Positions 1 to 9,212 of a DNA stretch of 64,000 nt are shown here, in pieces. The number at the start of each line of letters is the position of its first letter. Positions within the stretch are counted from its first letter, which is position 1. A program made the translations under genes and the position numbers. The stretch is from Gemmatimonadota bacterium (GTDB taxonomy: Bacteria > Gemmatimonadota > Gemmatimonadetes > Palauibacterales > Palauibacteraceae), in contig OY762926.1 in NCBI GenBank assembly GCA_963666735.1, positions 3,232,001-3,296,000 on the forward strand, written 5' to 3'. Below the pieces are notes generated by a model. The model was not told the origin of the DNA. It searched no databases and worked only from the letters and a program-made list of their open reading frames with translations.

Positions 1-348
1 CAGGCCGAGGACGCGGCCGTCGCGCACCTGCGCATGGACGGCGACCGGTTCCGGACCCGCGTCCGGCAGCACCGTCGCGTAGGTCTCGGAAACGCCCGGC
101 GTGATCCCCTCTTCCTCAACCAGGTGCGGGATGAGCTTGTCGGCGAAGTCCGGCGGGCCGCAGGCGGCCATCGTCGCGGCTCCGGCGCCGGAAGTCCCCA
201 GCACCTTCAGGAACCGGCGGCGCGAGGTCCCCGTCCCGTTCACCGCGCCGTCTGCGGAGCCTTTCGTCGCGCCGGGCTCGGGCCTGACGTCGCCCGAGCA
301 GCTTCCGCCGCACCCGCAGCCGCCGTTGCCCCCGTTCAGAAGTGACAT
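1..348 (-). CDS. actB: Alternative complex III subunit ActB (Tat-exported molybdopterin-oxidoreductase-like), N-terminal part, runs off window
   Basis: Manual translation from ATG 348: MSLLNGG...TSRRRFLKVLG...ACGPPDFADKLIPHLVEEEGITPGVSETYAT; Tat motif; overlaps stop of pentaheme cytochrome. Confidence 0.75.
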   Translation of the reverse strand, partial: MSLLNGGNGGCGCGGSCSGDVRPEPGATKGSADGAVNGTGTSRRRFLKVLGTSGAGAATMAACGPPDFADKLIPHLVEEEGITPGVSETYATVLPDAGPEPVAVHAQVRDGRVLGL

Positions 349-1145
349 GCCGCGCAATCCGTGGGGGCCCGGGTCCGGCCGTAGTCCGTGTCGATGTCCC
401 GTGGGTAAAACCCTTCCGGCTGGCGAGGCTCGGGCGCCCGTGGAGGCGGGTTGTCCCGCGCCAGCGTGTGGTCGGTCGCGAAGTCGGCGTCGGACGGAGG
501 CTGCCGGTGGCACTCGAGGCACCAGCCCATCGTCAGCGGCGCCCACTGGTAGACCCGGTCCATTTCCTCGACCGGCCCGTGGCAGTCCCGGCACTCGAGG
601 TTGCGCAGGTGCGCCTTGTGGCTGAACTGCACGAACTCCGGCAGCTTGTACACCCACTCCCACTCGACCGGCTCGCCGCGCGCTTCGTACTGGCGGAGTT
701 CCTCGACCGGCGGAAGCCCCGTGCCCGCGATGCGGTGGCACCCCATGCAGACCTCGAGCGACGGGACGACTCCCGACACCGACCGCTCCGTCCCCACGTG
801 GCAGTACATGCAGTCGATCTGCAGGTCCGTGACGTGGAAACGATGGTTGAACGGGATGGGCTGCTCGGGTCCGCGGCTCGCGTTCTCGTGATCGTAGATC
901 GCGCGCCACTGCGGGGGCATCGTCGCGAGGTTCTGCTCATCGGCGTACTGAGCCGATGCGGCCGCCGTCTCGCCCTCGCCCGCGGCCTGCGGATCCGCGC
1001 TCCCCTGCGCGTGCAGGAACGAAGACGGATCGAGACTCGCGACCGCGAGCTCGAGTTCGCCGGTTGGAGGCCGGTACAGCGCCAGAGCGGTGGCGCCGAG
1101 GGCCGCAGCGAGGACGCCCGCGGCCGCGCGAGAGCTTATCTTCAT
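336..1145 (-). CDS. actA: Pentaheme cytochrome c3-family protein (ActA-like)
   Basis: Five CxxCH motifs (CMYCH, CMGCH, CRDCH, CLECH, CAACH), PEQPIPFNH and LTMGWCLECH signatures, N-terminal TM. Confidence 0.85.
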   Translation of the reverse strand: MKISSRAAAGVLAAALGATALALYRPPTGELELAVASLDPSSFLHAQGSADPQAAGEGETAAASAQYADEQNLATMPPQWRAIYDHENASRGPEQPIPFNHRFHVTDLQIDCMYCHVGTERSVSGVVPSLEVCMGCHRIAGTGLPPVEELRQYEARGEPVEWEWVYKLPEFVQFSHKAHLRNLECRDCHGPVEEMDRVYQWAPLTMGWCLECHRQPPSDADFATDHTLARDNPPPRAPEPRQPEGFYPRDIDTDYGRTRAPTDCAACHF

Positions 1146-1295
1146 CCGCCTCTCTGAGGAGGAATCGACGATGTGAGCCGCCCGTCAGCCTCCGGTGGCG
1201 GAGGCGCGGGTCGCGAACAAGGTAAAGCCCGCCCCGGTGGATGCAACCGTCGCCCGGGACGCCCCATCCAACGCCCGGCGAGGCACCCGCCAAGG

Positions 1296-1324
1296 TTGAC
1301 CGATTCAGGCCGTTCCTTTAGCAT
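1296..1324 (+). promoter_or_regulatory. Sigma70-type promoter of tRNA operon
   Basis: TTGACC-N17-TAGCAT about 50 bp before first tRNA. Confidence 0.65.
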
Positions 1325-1376
1325 TGTGTCGTCCGAGCGGGCTCCCACCCGGGGTCCGCTCGTCGTGTCTTTCGGA

Positions 1377-1450
<74 letters not shown>

Positions 1451-1467
1451 TCGGAACGCCGCTACGG

Positions 1468-1542
1468 GGGGCTGTAGCTCAGCCTGGTTAGAGTGCCGGT
1501 CTGTCACACCGGAGGTCGCGGGTTCAAATCCCGTCAGCCCCG
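1468..1542 (+). tRNA. tRNA-Asp(GTC)
   Basis: Acceptor GGGGCTG/CAGCCCC, anticodon arm CCGGT-CTGTCAC-ACCGG. Confidence 0.97.
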
Positions 1543-1565
1543 TTTCCAAACAACGTGTCGAGCGA

Positions 1566-1639
1566 GGGGCCGTAGCTCAGTCTGGGAGAGCGCTTGAATC
1601 GCACTCAAGAGGTCGCGGGTTCGAGTCCCGCCGGCTCCA
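1566..1639 (+). tRNA. tRNA-Ala(CGC)
   Basis: Acceptor GGGGCCG/CGGCTCC with G3:U70, anticodon arm CTTGA-ATCGCAC-TCAAG. Confidence 0.96.
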
Positions 1640-1713
1640 CTGCCGTCGCGTCCACCCCCTGCCACCCCGGCGAAACCCTCGCCCCGGGCAGCACGGGTAG
1701 CGTCCGGCGGCTC

Positions 1714-1785
1714 GCCACCGTAGCTCAGGGGTAGAGCACCGCATTCGTAATGCGGCGGTCGTCGGTTCAAATCCGACCGGTGGCT
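1714..1785 (+). tRNA. tRNA-Thr(CGT)
   Basis: Acceptor GCCACCG/CGGTGGC, anticodon arm CCGCA-TTCGTAA-TGCGG. Confidence 0.97.
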
Positions 1786-1846
1786 CTGGCAACACCCCTC
1801 CGCCCTGGCCGGCCCGACACGCCGCCAGCCGGAGGGAACAGCACAA

Positions 1847-1919
1847 GCGGGTGTAGCTCAGCTGGTAGAGCGCAACCTTGCCAAGGTTGAGGTCGCCGGT
1901 TCGAATCCGGTCACCCGCT
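1847..1919 (+). tRNA. tRNA-Gly(GCC)
   Basis: Acceptor GCGGGTG/CACCCGC, anticodon arm CAACC-TTGCCAA-GGTTG. Confidence 0.97.
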
Positions 1920-1995
1920 CTAGAAGGCCGGCTCGCCGCTCCGTCAGCGAGCGCGAGCCCGGCCCCGCGCCAAGCGCGCGGTCCGCAGTACCCCT

Positions 1996-2069
1996 CGGGG
2001 CGTGGCTCAGTCCGGTAGAGCGCTGCGTTCGGGACGCAGAGGTCCCCGGTTCAAATCCGGGCGCCCCGA
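1996..2069 (+). tRNA. tRNA-Pro(CGG)
   Basis: Acceptor CGGGGCG/CGCCCCG, anticodon arm CTGCG-TTCGGGA-CGCAG. Confidence 0.97.
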
Positions 2070-2248
2070 TTATATCCCCTGGCCCATCGCGCTGGGCGTA
2101 CTGTTCCGCCCGCCCGGGCTATGCGATAACCTCCCGGATTACGCGGGCCGCCGAAGGCGGTCGTAGCGAAATCCGGGCGCCGCGGCCCGGTCAACATGCT
2201 GATGGCGTCGGGCTTGGAGCGTTCACTGCCGCCGGAGAGATTCACGCG

Positions 2249-3196
2249 TTGAAATGCACAAGATCGACCGATTGCCGGGAGAGTCCTCCCGACTCGGATG
2301 TAGCCCATTTGCGGCAATCAGACCGCGAGTCACGGATCGGAGCCGACTCTCGAGAGCGTGCCACGTGGTGGCGCGTGCCGACGACGATTATTGCGCTCAT
2401 TGGCCTTTTCTTCGGCCCCAACCTGATCGGCCGGCTTTTGGTGACACTTGGTGGTGATGGAAGCGACGACACCCCGCAACCTTCTTTCGGAGAAGATCGC
2501 TTTCACGCCAGGTATTCCTTCAAGAAGGCGCCGTTTGTGCATCCGAAGATCGTCGGGGACCTCGTCGGCGGCCTGAGCGACCGTGGCGACCAAGTGGTAG
2601 CGATCAATCTGCTCGATTCCCAGGACAGCAACCGCTATTTCGGAGACATCTTGGTAAGCCCCCAGGCGAATCCACTCGTCCCGTCGTGGCCATGGGTCTA
2701 CACCCTCGAAGATCGTGTCTGGAACATGAACGGATACGAGGATCCGGACCCTTTTTGGGGAAGAGAGTTCTCTGCGTATCGGTTCCTTGGCTCGACACGG
2801 AGCGGTCTGGACGTACTTCACTTCACCTACTCCGGGGGAGGATCGGGCCGCTTCAACACCCTAGTGTTCGTTCAGGTCGAAACGGATTCTGGTGCCGAGT
2901 ACCTGCCGCTCCGAGACGCAGGCGGGCGGCAGTTCATGGAGCCGGAGTCGAGGCATCGAGAGTTGGTTCGGCTGGTTGGGACAATCTCGCTGGGGGATCG
3001 CTGGCTCGGAACTGTAGAGGTTACAGGAGATGACGTAGTTGTTCGAGGCCGCGACCTGAGTGAGCGGTGCGAGGAGGGCGGGACCAACACGATGGAGGCC
3101 GTAGAAGTGAGCTCCTTCACGAGCGTTGTCTGTAAGGAGGGCAGCGCAGATCATCCGCCGCCAGTCCGCGTCTACAGGTCACCCCCGCGACGCTAA
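2249..3196 (+). CDS. Hypothetical membrane-anchored protein (start uncertain)
   Basis: 315-aa ORF with N-terminal hydrophobic stretch and protein-like composition. Confidence 0.6.
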   Translation: MKCTRSTDCRESPPDSDVAHLRQSDRESRIGADSRERATWWRVPTTIIALIGLFFGPNLIGRLLVTLGGDGSDDTPQPSFGEDRFHARYSFKKAPFVHPKIVGDLVGGLSDRGDQVVAINLLDSQDSNRYFGDILVSPQANPLVPSWPWVYTLEDRVWNMNGYEDPDPFWGREFSAYRFLGSTRSGLDVLHFTYSGGGSGRFNTLVFVQVETDSGAEYLPLRDAGGRQFMEPESRHRELVRLVGTISLGDRWLGTVEVTGDDVVVRGRDLSERCEEGGTNTMEAVEVSSFTSVVCKEGSADHPPPVRVYRSPPRR

Positions 3197-3206
3197 GGTA
3201 TCACGA

Positions 3207-3257
3207 CACATGTAGGGATTGATCCTGACGATCCGGGAAGTCTGCCCGTAGGGAGGG
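3207..3257 (+). pseudogene. Relic of XRE-HTH antitoxin N-terminus
   Basis: 3217-3257 matches 9263-9303 at 37/41 nt (IDPDDPGSLPxGR). Confidence 0.7.
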
Positions 3258-3338
3258 GCGGGCATTGGAGAGGCACCCGCCCGGGAAAAGAAATTGCGCA
3301 AGGTGGTTGAAAGCGAGCCTCTCGAAGCCCGGGGAACA

Positions 3339-6197
3339 ATGACACCGAACGAGTTCATTGCGAAGTGGCAGGCCTCGGAGCTGAAGGAGCGCTCCGCGGC
3401 GCAGGAGCACTTCATCGATCTGTGTCGGCTGCTCGGGGAACCCACACCGGCGGAGGCCGATCCGAAGGGCGAGCACTACTGCTTCGAGCGCGGGGCGCGG
3501 AAGGACTCCGGCGGGGACGGATGGGCGGACGTGTGGAAGCGGCACTGCTTTGCGTGGGAGTACAAGGGGAAGCACGCCGACCTCGACGCCGCGTTCGACC
3601 AGTTGAGACAGTACGCGCTCGCGCTCGAGAACCCGCCGCTCCTGATCGTCTCGGACATGCGCCGGTTCCGGATCCGGACGAACTGGACGAACTCCGTGAG
3701 CAAGACGCTGGAGTTCAAACTGGACGATCTCGCCGACGCCGCCGTCCGGGACAAGCTCAAGTGGGCGATGTCCGATCCAGAGCGGCTACGGCCGGGCGAG
3801 ACCCGCCAGACGCTGACCGAACGCGCCGCGCAAACGTTCGCGCAGCTCGCGCAGTCGCTCAGGGACCACGGCCACGCCCCACACGAGGTGGCGCACTTCG
3901 TGAACCGCCTCGTGTTCTGCATGTTCGCCGAGGACGTGGGGCTGCTCCCCGGCGAGATGTTCACCCGCATGCTCAAGCACGCGCGCCAAGAGCCCGAGCA
4001 GTTCGCCATCTTGGCGCGCGACCTGTTCGGCGCGATGTCGGCCGGGGGCCGCGTCGGGTTCGAGACCGTCCAGTGGTTCAACGGCGGGCTGTTCGAGGAC
4101 GACGCGACCCTCCCCATGGACAAGGAGCAGATCGAGACGACGCTTGAAGCGTCCGAACTCGACTGGTCCAACATCGATCCCTCGATCCTCGGCACGCTGT
4201 TCGAACGCGGTCTCGACCCGGACAAACGCTCGCAGCTCGGAGCGCACTACACGGACCGGGACAAGATCATGCGGATCATCGATCCCGTGATCGTCCGCCC
4301 GTGGCTCGCAGAGTGGGGGACCGCGAAAGCCCGGATCGCCGACAGCCTCGAACGCGCAAACGCGGCGAAATCAAAGGCCGCGACTACGCGAAACCGCAAA
4401 CAAGCGGAGAACTCGCTCGGCTCGTTCCTCGAGCGGCTACGGAAGTTCACCGTGCTCGATCCGGCCTGCGGCTCCGGCAACTTCCTCTACCTCGCGCTCC
4501 ACTCCCTCCACGACCTGGAACACCGAGTGCAGCTGGAAGCCGAGGCGATGGGACTTCAGCGCGCTTTCCCATCGGTCGGTCCCGCCAACGTGAAGGGAAT
4601 CGAGTTGAACGCGTACGCGGCGGAGTTGGCGCGCGTATCGGTGTGGATCGGCGAGATTCAGTGGATGCGGCGCAACGGGTTTCCGGGCTCGCGCGAGCCG
4701 GTCCTCGATCCGCTGGAGACGATCGAATGCCGCGACGCGATCATGGCCTCGGAGGGCGGCGAGCCGGAGTGGCCCGAGGCGGATGTCATCATCGGCAACC
4801 CGCCGTTTCTGGGCGGCAAGCTGCTCATCACAAACCTCGGCGAGGAATACGTCTCGACCCTGTTCCGGGTGTACGAGGACCGGGTGCCCCGCGAAGCTGA
4901 CCTCGTCTGCTACTGGTTCGTGAAGGCCGGCGAACACTTGGGCAAAGGGGCGTCGAAGCGGGTCGGCATGGTCGCGACCAACTCGATTCGGGGCGGAGCA
5001 AACCGCCGGGCGCTGGAGCGGGCGACGGACGGCAGGCCGATCTTCGACGCGTGGAGCGACGAGCCGTGGGTGGTGGATGGGGCGGCCGTGCGCGTCTCGC
5101 TCGTGTGCTTCTCACAATCTGAGGACGAACTCACGCCGGGGCGCCGGCTCGACGGCGAGGCAGTGGACGAGATTTACACGGACCTGTCGGCGCGTCGCGG
5201 CGAGGCTGGCGTCGACCTTACGAAGGCGCGGCGCCTCCCTCAAAACGCCGGCGTGGCCTTCATGGGCGACACCAAGGGTGGCCCGTTCGATGTTCCTGGT
5301 GAGGTCGCCCGAGAGTGGCTTCGGGAACCCTCCAATCCCAACGGCCGTCCCAACTCGGACGTACTCGCACCGTGGATGAACGGCATGGCCATCACCCGGC
5401 GCCCCGCCGACAAGTGGGTCGTCGACTTCGGCTGGAACATGGTGAAGGAGGAAGCCGCCCTGTACGAGGCTCCGTTCGAGCATGCCCAGGAACACGTCTT
5501 CCCGATGCGGCAGCGCAATCGGCGCGAGGCGTACCGCATAAACTGGTGGCGACACGTCGAGCCGAGACAGGGCATGTGGAAGGCTCTCGACGGGCTGTCT
5601 CGGTACATCGTCACACCCACCGTTGCCAAACACCGCCTCTTCGCTTGGCTCGACGCCCGGATCTGCCCCGACCATCAGCTCATCGTCATCGCGCGCGACG
5701 ACGACACCACGTTCGGGATCCTGCACAGCCGCTTCCACGAGGTCTGGTCGCTCCGCAAGGGCACCTCGCTCGGGAAAGGGAACGACCCCCGCTACACCCC
5801 CACCACAACCTTCGAGACCTTCCCCTTCCCGGAAGGACTCTCGCCCGACGTCTCCGCCACGGACTACGTGACGGACCCGCGCGCCCAGGCGATCGCTTCC
5901 GCGGCACGTCGGCTCGTCGAACTCCGCGACCGCTGGCTTAACCCGCCCGAGTTGGTGGAGTGGGTTGAGGAACCCGTCCCCGGCTATCCCCCGCGCCCGG
6001 TCCCCCGCGACGAAAAGGCGACTGCGCTCAGGAGGCGCACCCTCACCAACCTCTACAACACCCGCCCACAATGGCTCCTCGATGCCCACGCGCAACTCGA
6101 CGCCGCTGTAGCCGCCGCCTACGGCTGGCCCAGCGACATCACCAACGACGTGGCGCTACGGAAGCTCCTTGCACGAAACCGGTCGGACTACACTTAG
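3339..6197 (+). CDS. MmeI/YeeA-like type IIG/IIL restriction-modification enzyme (N6-adenine MTase with N-terminal nuclease-like domain)
   Basis: LDPACGSGNF (motif I), GNPPF (motif IV), LGAHYT, N-terminal D...WEYK, C-terminal TLTNLYN/LDAAVAAAYGW. Confidence 0.9.
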   Translation: MTPNEFIAKWQASELKERSAAQEHFIDLCRLLGEPTPAEADPKGEHYCFERGARKDSGGDGWADVWKRHCFAWEYKGKHADLDAAFDQLRQYALALENPPLLIVSDMRRFRIRTNWTNSVSKTLEFKLDDLADAAVRDKLKWAMSDPERLRPGETRQTLTERAAQTFAQLAQSLRDHGHAPHEVAHFVNRLVFCMFAEDVGLLPGEMFTRMLKHARQEPEQFAILARDLFGAMSAGGRVGFETVQWFNGGLFEDDATLPMDKEQIETTLEASELDWSNIDPSILGTLFERGLDPDKRSQLGAHYTDRDKIMRIIDPVIVRPWLAEWGTAKARIADSLERANAAKSKAATTRNRKQAENSLGSFLERLRKFTVLDPACGSGNFLYLALHSLHDLEHRVQLEAEAMGLQRAFPSVGPANVKGIELNAYAAELARVSVWIGEIQWMRRNGFPGSREPVLDPLETIECRDAIMASEGGEPEWPEADVIIGNPPFLGGKLLITNLGEEYVSTLFRVYEDRVPREADLVCYWFVKAGEHLGKGASKRVGMVATNSIRGGANRRALERATDGRPIFDAWSDEPWVVDGAAVRVSLVCFSQSEDELTPGRRLDGEAVDEIYTDLSARRGEAGVDLTKARRLPQNAGVAFMGDTKGGPFDVPGEVAREWLREPSNPNGRPNSDVLAPWMNGMAITRRPADKWVVDFGWNMVKEEAALYEAPFEHAQEHVFPMRQRNRREAYRINWWRHVEPRQGMWKALDGLSRYIVTPTVAKHRLFAWLDARICPDHQLIVIARDDDTTFGILHSRFHEVWSLRKGTSLGKGNDPRYTPTTTFETFPFPEGLSPDVSATDYVTDPRAQAIASAARRLVELRDRWLNPPELVEWVEEPVPGYPPRPVPRDEKATALRRRTLTNLYNTRPQWLLDAHAQLDAAVAAAYGWPSDITNDVALRKLLARNRSDYT

Positions 6198-6298
6198 CTT
6201 GTCCCCGATATGCAAGCCGCCTTGCGAGGGACTCCCGAGAGGATATGACCCCCAGATTCTGGATCCTAAGTTCCAAATGCGAGGATGGGTGAACCTTC

Positions 6299-7264
6299 CT
6301 ACCACTTGTACGGTGTGACATCAAACGTGAACGATGTCCCATGAAGCTCTTGTTTCAAGGGTCGCATCATCGTTTCATGCCACTCCGCTCTCGCGACTTC
6401 CTCACCCGGCCTGAAGCGGTCGATAAGAACGCGCAACGCGTCCAGTAGAAACCACCGCGCATAGCTCGCCACGCTCTCCATATCTACAGGCGACCGTGCC
6501 GGCATAATGGAACCCTTCCCCGCATCATCCAGGCGAAAGGTCTTGAGAAAACCACCACTCGCATGTGCCTCACTCGACCATCGACGATACAGCGTCTCGT
6601 AGTCATCCAACCACCCAAGATGCTGAGCAAGCTCCCACAAATTGTTCGGACCATCCCACAACGAGTACCAACGCCTGTACTTCTCTTGTCTCTGAACCTC
6701 GTCCAGCACGCCTCGCATGTAAGGAGCATCAAGAACCCTCTGCAACCGCCCTAACTCCTGATCAACTCGCTCCAATATCTCATCAGGAATATCCCGCATG
6801 AAGTCGTCCGATAGTTCCCCATCGTGAATCCGCGTATACCAGCGTATCCGATCACGGACATTATTGTATATCCATGCCAACGCGCGACGATCGGTGTTCG
6901 CTTCACAAATGTACTTGATACCAAGCGCCGCTTCGAACGACCCGCGCAACATCATCTTTGCGGGATCGACACAGGAATTGGACAAAGATGCCTCAATGGC
7001 GTCCGTGGTCTCAATGATGTGTCGAAAAAGGATCACGGGTGCTGTGAACGCCTCTGGACGTATCCAATCCGGTCGCGTTTGAGCGATCCGCGCAAAAGCC
7101 TGTGTGGAGTAGTTGATAGCTTCGTGCAGCATAGGTCTGGCGACCTCGATCAGGCCGCTTGCACGCTCTACTGCGGCAGCTCGATCCAACATGGGTCTAA
7201 ACGCGTTGGTTGACGCGGCCTTCAGTCGCTCCACCATCTCAGTCTTGGCTTCGGGTGTCAGCAC
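6299..7264 (-). CDS. DUF5677-like helical protein (possible HEPN-related)
   Basis: R-x-x-x-E motifs (MLRGSFE), LYRRWSSEAH; lower GC; start GTG 7264 or the ATG nine codons later. Confidence 0.6.
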   Translation of the reverse strand: MLTPEAKTEMVERLKAASTNAFRPMLDRAAAVERASGLIEVARPMLHEAINYSTQAFARIAQTRPDWIRPEAFTAPVILFRHIIETTDAIEASLSNSCVDPAKMMLRGSFEAALGIKYICEANTDRRALAWIYNNVRDRIRWYTRIHDGELSDDFMRDIPDEILERVDQELGRLQRVLDAPYMRGVLDEVQRQEKYRRWYSLWDGPNNLWELAQHLGWLDDYETLYRRWSSEAHASGGFLKTFRLDDAGKGSIMPARSPVDMESVASYARWFLLDALRVLIDRFRPGEEVARAEWHETMMRPLKQELHGTSFTFDVTPYKW

Positions 7265-7442
7265 GCCCAAGCAGTTCGACGGCCTGATACCGCGAGACCG
7301 TAGGGTAGTCGTGGAGGAAATCGTCAAGTCGGTCACCCGCTTCGAGATGCTCCATCAGTATCCGCACCGGAACCCTCGTGCCGGAGAACACCGGAATCCC
7401 GCCTAAGATGTCCGGGTCCCTGTCGATAAGCCTGTCCGTCAT
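7239..7442 (-). CDS. DUF433 antitoxin, C-terminus replaced
   Basis: IDRDPDILGGIPVFSGTRVPV motif; about 91% nt identity to 11703-11877, diverging at 7268. Confidence 0.85.
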   Translation of the reverse strand: MTDRLIDRDPDILGGIPVFSGTRVPVRILMEHLEAGDRLDDFLHDYPTVSRYQAVELLGRADTRSQD

Positions 7443-7618
7443 GATTGCCTCCGTCGGCGATCTCTTGCTGGCTCCCGCAGAGCACGCAGTCTAACGATAG
7501 CCCCATCCGACACGCCTCTGCATCTCTCCTCGAAGCAGGTCCGAGGATCGAGCCACTCCAGACCGCTTCAGTTCGTCACGCAGGCCCGCCGGATCGGACC
7601 GTGCCGGTGCACTCACGT

Positions 7619-8428
7619 TCACGATCCGGTCGTTGAGTCCGAAGCGGCCCCGTCCCTCGGACACACGGATCTCATGTAGCACTCGTCGCATTCCGGTGCG
7701 CGCCTCGCGTGACACCACCTGTTCCCCAGATGCCATGCTGGCCAGTCGAGTTCCCCCGGCCACTCCGGGTTGAGTTCGCGAGCGCGCAGAGGAAGCCGGA
7801 GTCTCTGCTTGTCCTTCGTCGAGCGCAGCTGGCTGTGTTCGAGCCTGTCGAGAAGGCCCAGTCGCTCGAACACCCGCAGGACGTGAGTGTCGACCGCAAT
7901 GTCGGGCATGGGCGTCGTGAGGCGGATGCCGAAGTCACGAATCAGGATGTTCACGGCCATGTTGGCGATCTTCGGGCCCACTCCGTCGAAGGCCAGGAAC
8001 CGTCTGGCAACGGCAGCGCCGCTGCTCCCGTCGGCCCAGATACGCGAGGCGTCCCCGCCGTACCTGTCCCCGACGCGCCGGATGGCCGCCGGAAGCAATC
8101 GTGCCATCTCGGTGCCCAGCCGGTGGCCCGAGGACGCGAGCACGGAGGCCCACTCCTCCTTCGGAAGCCTCAGCAGCGTGTCCAGGTCAAAACCCGAGGC
8201 GGCCTCACGGATCGTGTGTGGAAGACCCCATGCGATGTCGGCTTTCGTTTGCCGGTCCGCGATGCAGGCCAGCACGAACGCGTGCGGGTAACCCTCGAGG
8301 TCGTTCACGAGGTCGCGCGCGTCGTCCTCGACATCGATGCCGCTGACGCCGCGCTTCCGCTCAAGCGACTCCGCCCCGAACCGCTTCAGGCGTGAGGTGA
8401 TATCGTCTACCGGCCGATCTGCCGTCAT
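7619..8428 (-). CDS. HhH-GPD / endonuclease III-like DNA glycosylase with C-terminal Cys cluster
   Basis: FDGVGPKIANMA HhH, IAVDTHVLRV catalytic Asp motif, WCHARRAPECDECYMRSVC Fe-S loop. Confidence 0.85.
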   Translation of the reverse strand: MTADRPVDDITSRLKRFGAESLERKRGVSGIDVEDDARDLVNDLEGYPHAFVLACIADRQTKADIAWGLPHTIREAASGFDLDTLLRLPKEEWASVLASSGHRLGTEMARLLPAAIRRVGDRYGGDASRIWADGSSGAAVARRFLAFDGVGPKIANMAVNILIRDFGIRLTTPMPDIAVDTHVLRVFERLGLLDRLEHSQLRSTKDKQRLRLPLRARELNPEWPGELDWPAWHLGNRWCHARRAPECDECYMRSVCPRDGAASDSTTGS

Positions 8429-8764
8429 CGACACACCATTGACGCTACCGCAGCACCGGGTCGGGGCACTACGGTCCTCGCGCCATCCGCGTGCCCTTCG
8501 CGCCTGCGCAAGCTCATAGCTCGCCTGCATTCGCATCCAGTGATCGGCCGTGCCCCAGCCGAGAGCCTCCAACGCGAGCGCCATGTTCGCCGAGACTCCC
8601 GCCTTCCCGTGCAGTAGGCGCGACAGAGTCCCCCGCTCGCACCCCAGTCGCGAGGCCGTCTCGGTCACGTTCCAGCCGACCTCGTCCATGCTCTCGCGGA
8701 CCACCTCGCCCAGATGCGGAGGGTTGAGCATGGGATCCACGCGCCCGTCTCCTACGCTGTTCAT
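8429..8764 (-). CDS. higA: HigA/VapI-family antitoxin reading through in frame into the glycosylase
   Basis: MLNPPHLGEVVRESM...LSRLLHGKAGVSANMALAL...WMRMQASYEL; no stop before 8428; no higB upstream. Confidence 0.8.
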
Positions 8765-9212
8765 GATCCTTCCTTCATCGCGTCGGCGGCAATCTACCCG
8801 TCGCTCGGATCGCCTCCGGCCTACGTTCGGCCTCCACTCCGTCGGCTGGCCGGCCTGAATCGCGTCAACGCGCCCCACCACACCAAGTACATCACGGAGG
8901 GTTTTCCGGAAACGCGAAAGCCCGTGCCGGAGCACGGGCCTCGGAAGGAGGGCAAGTCTACGCTTGCGTCTCGAAAGGGAGCCTGTGTCATGGGGCCGGG
9001 GGCGTCAAGGTTCCGGTGCGGGGCAGGACTGGCATCGACAGCTGGTCCAAGGACTACTTGCATGCCGGACCAGCCGTTAGGAGTTTCGTCCAAGACGATC
9101 CATCGGACCACCGCCCAGATAGGGAGACACGGAGTCCGATCATTTAGACCCCAGGGACGCCTCGTGCGTCCCTGTTTTTCTTGGATTGACCCGACCAAGT
9201 GGCAGGCGGCAC

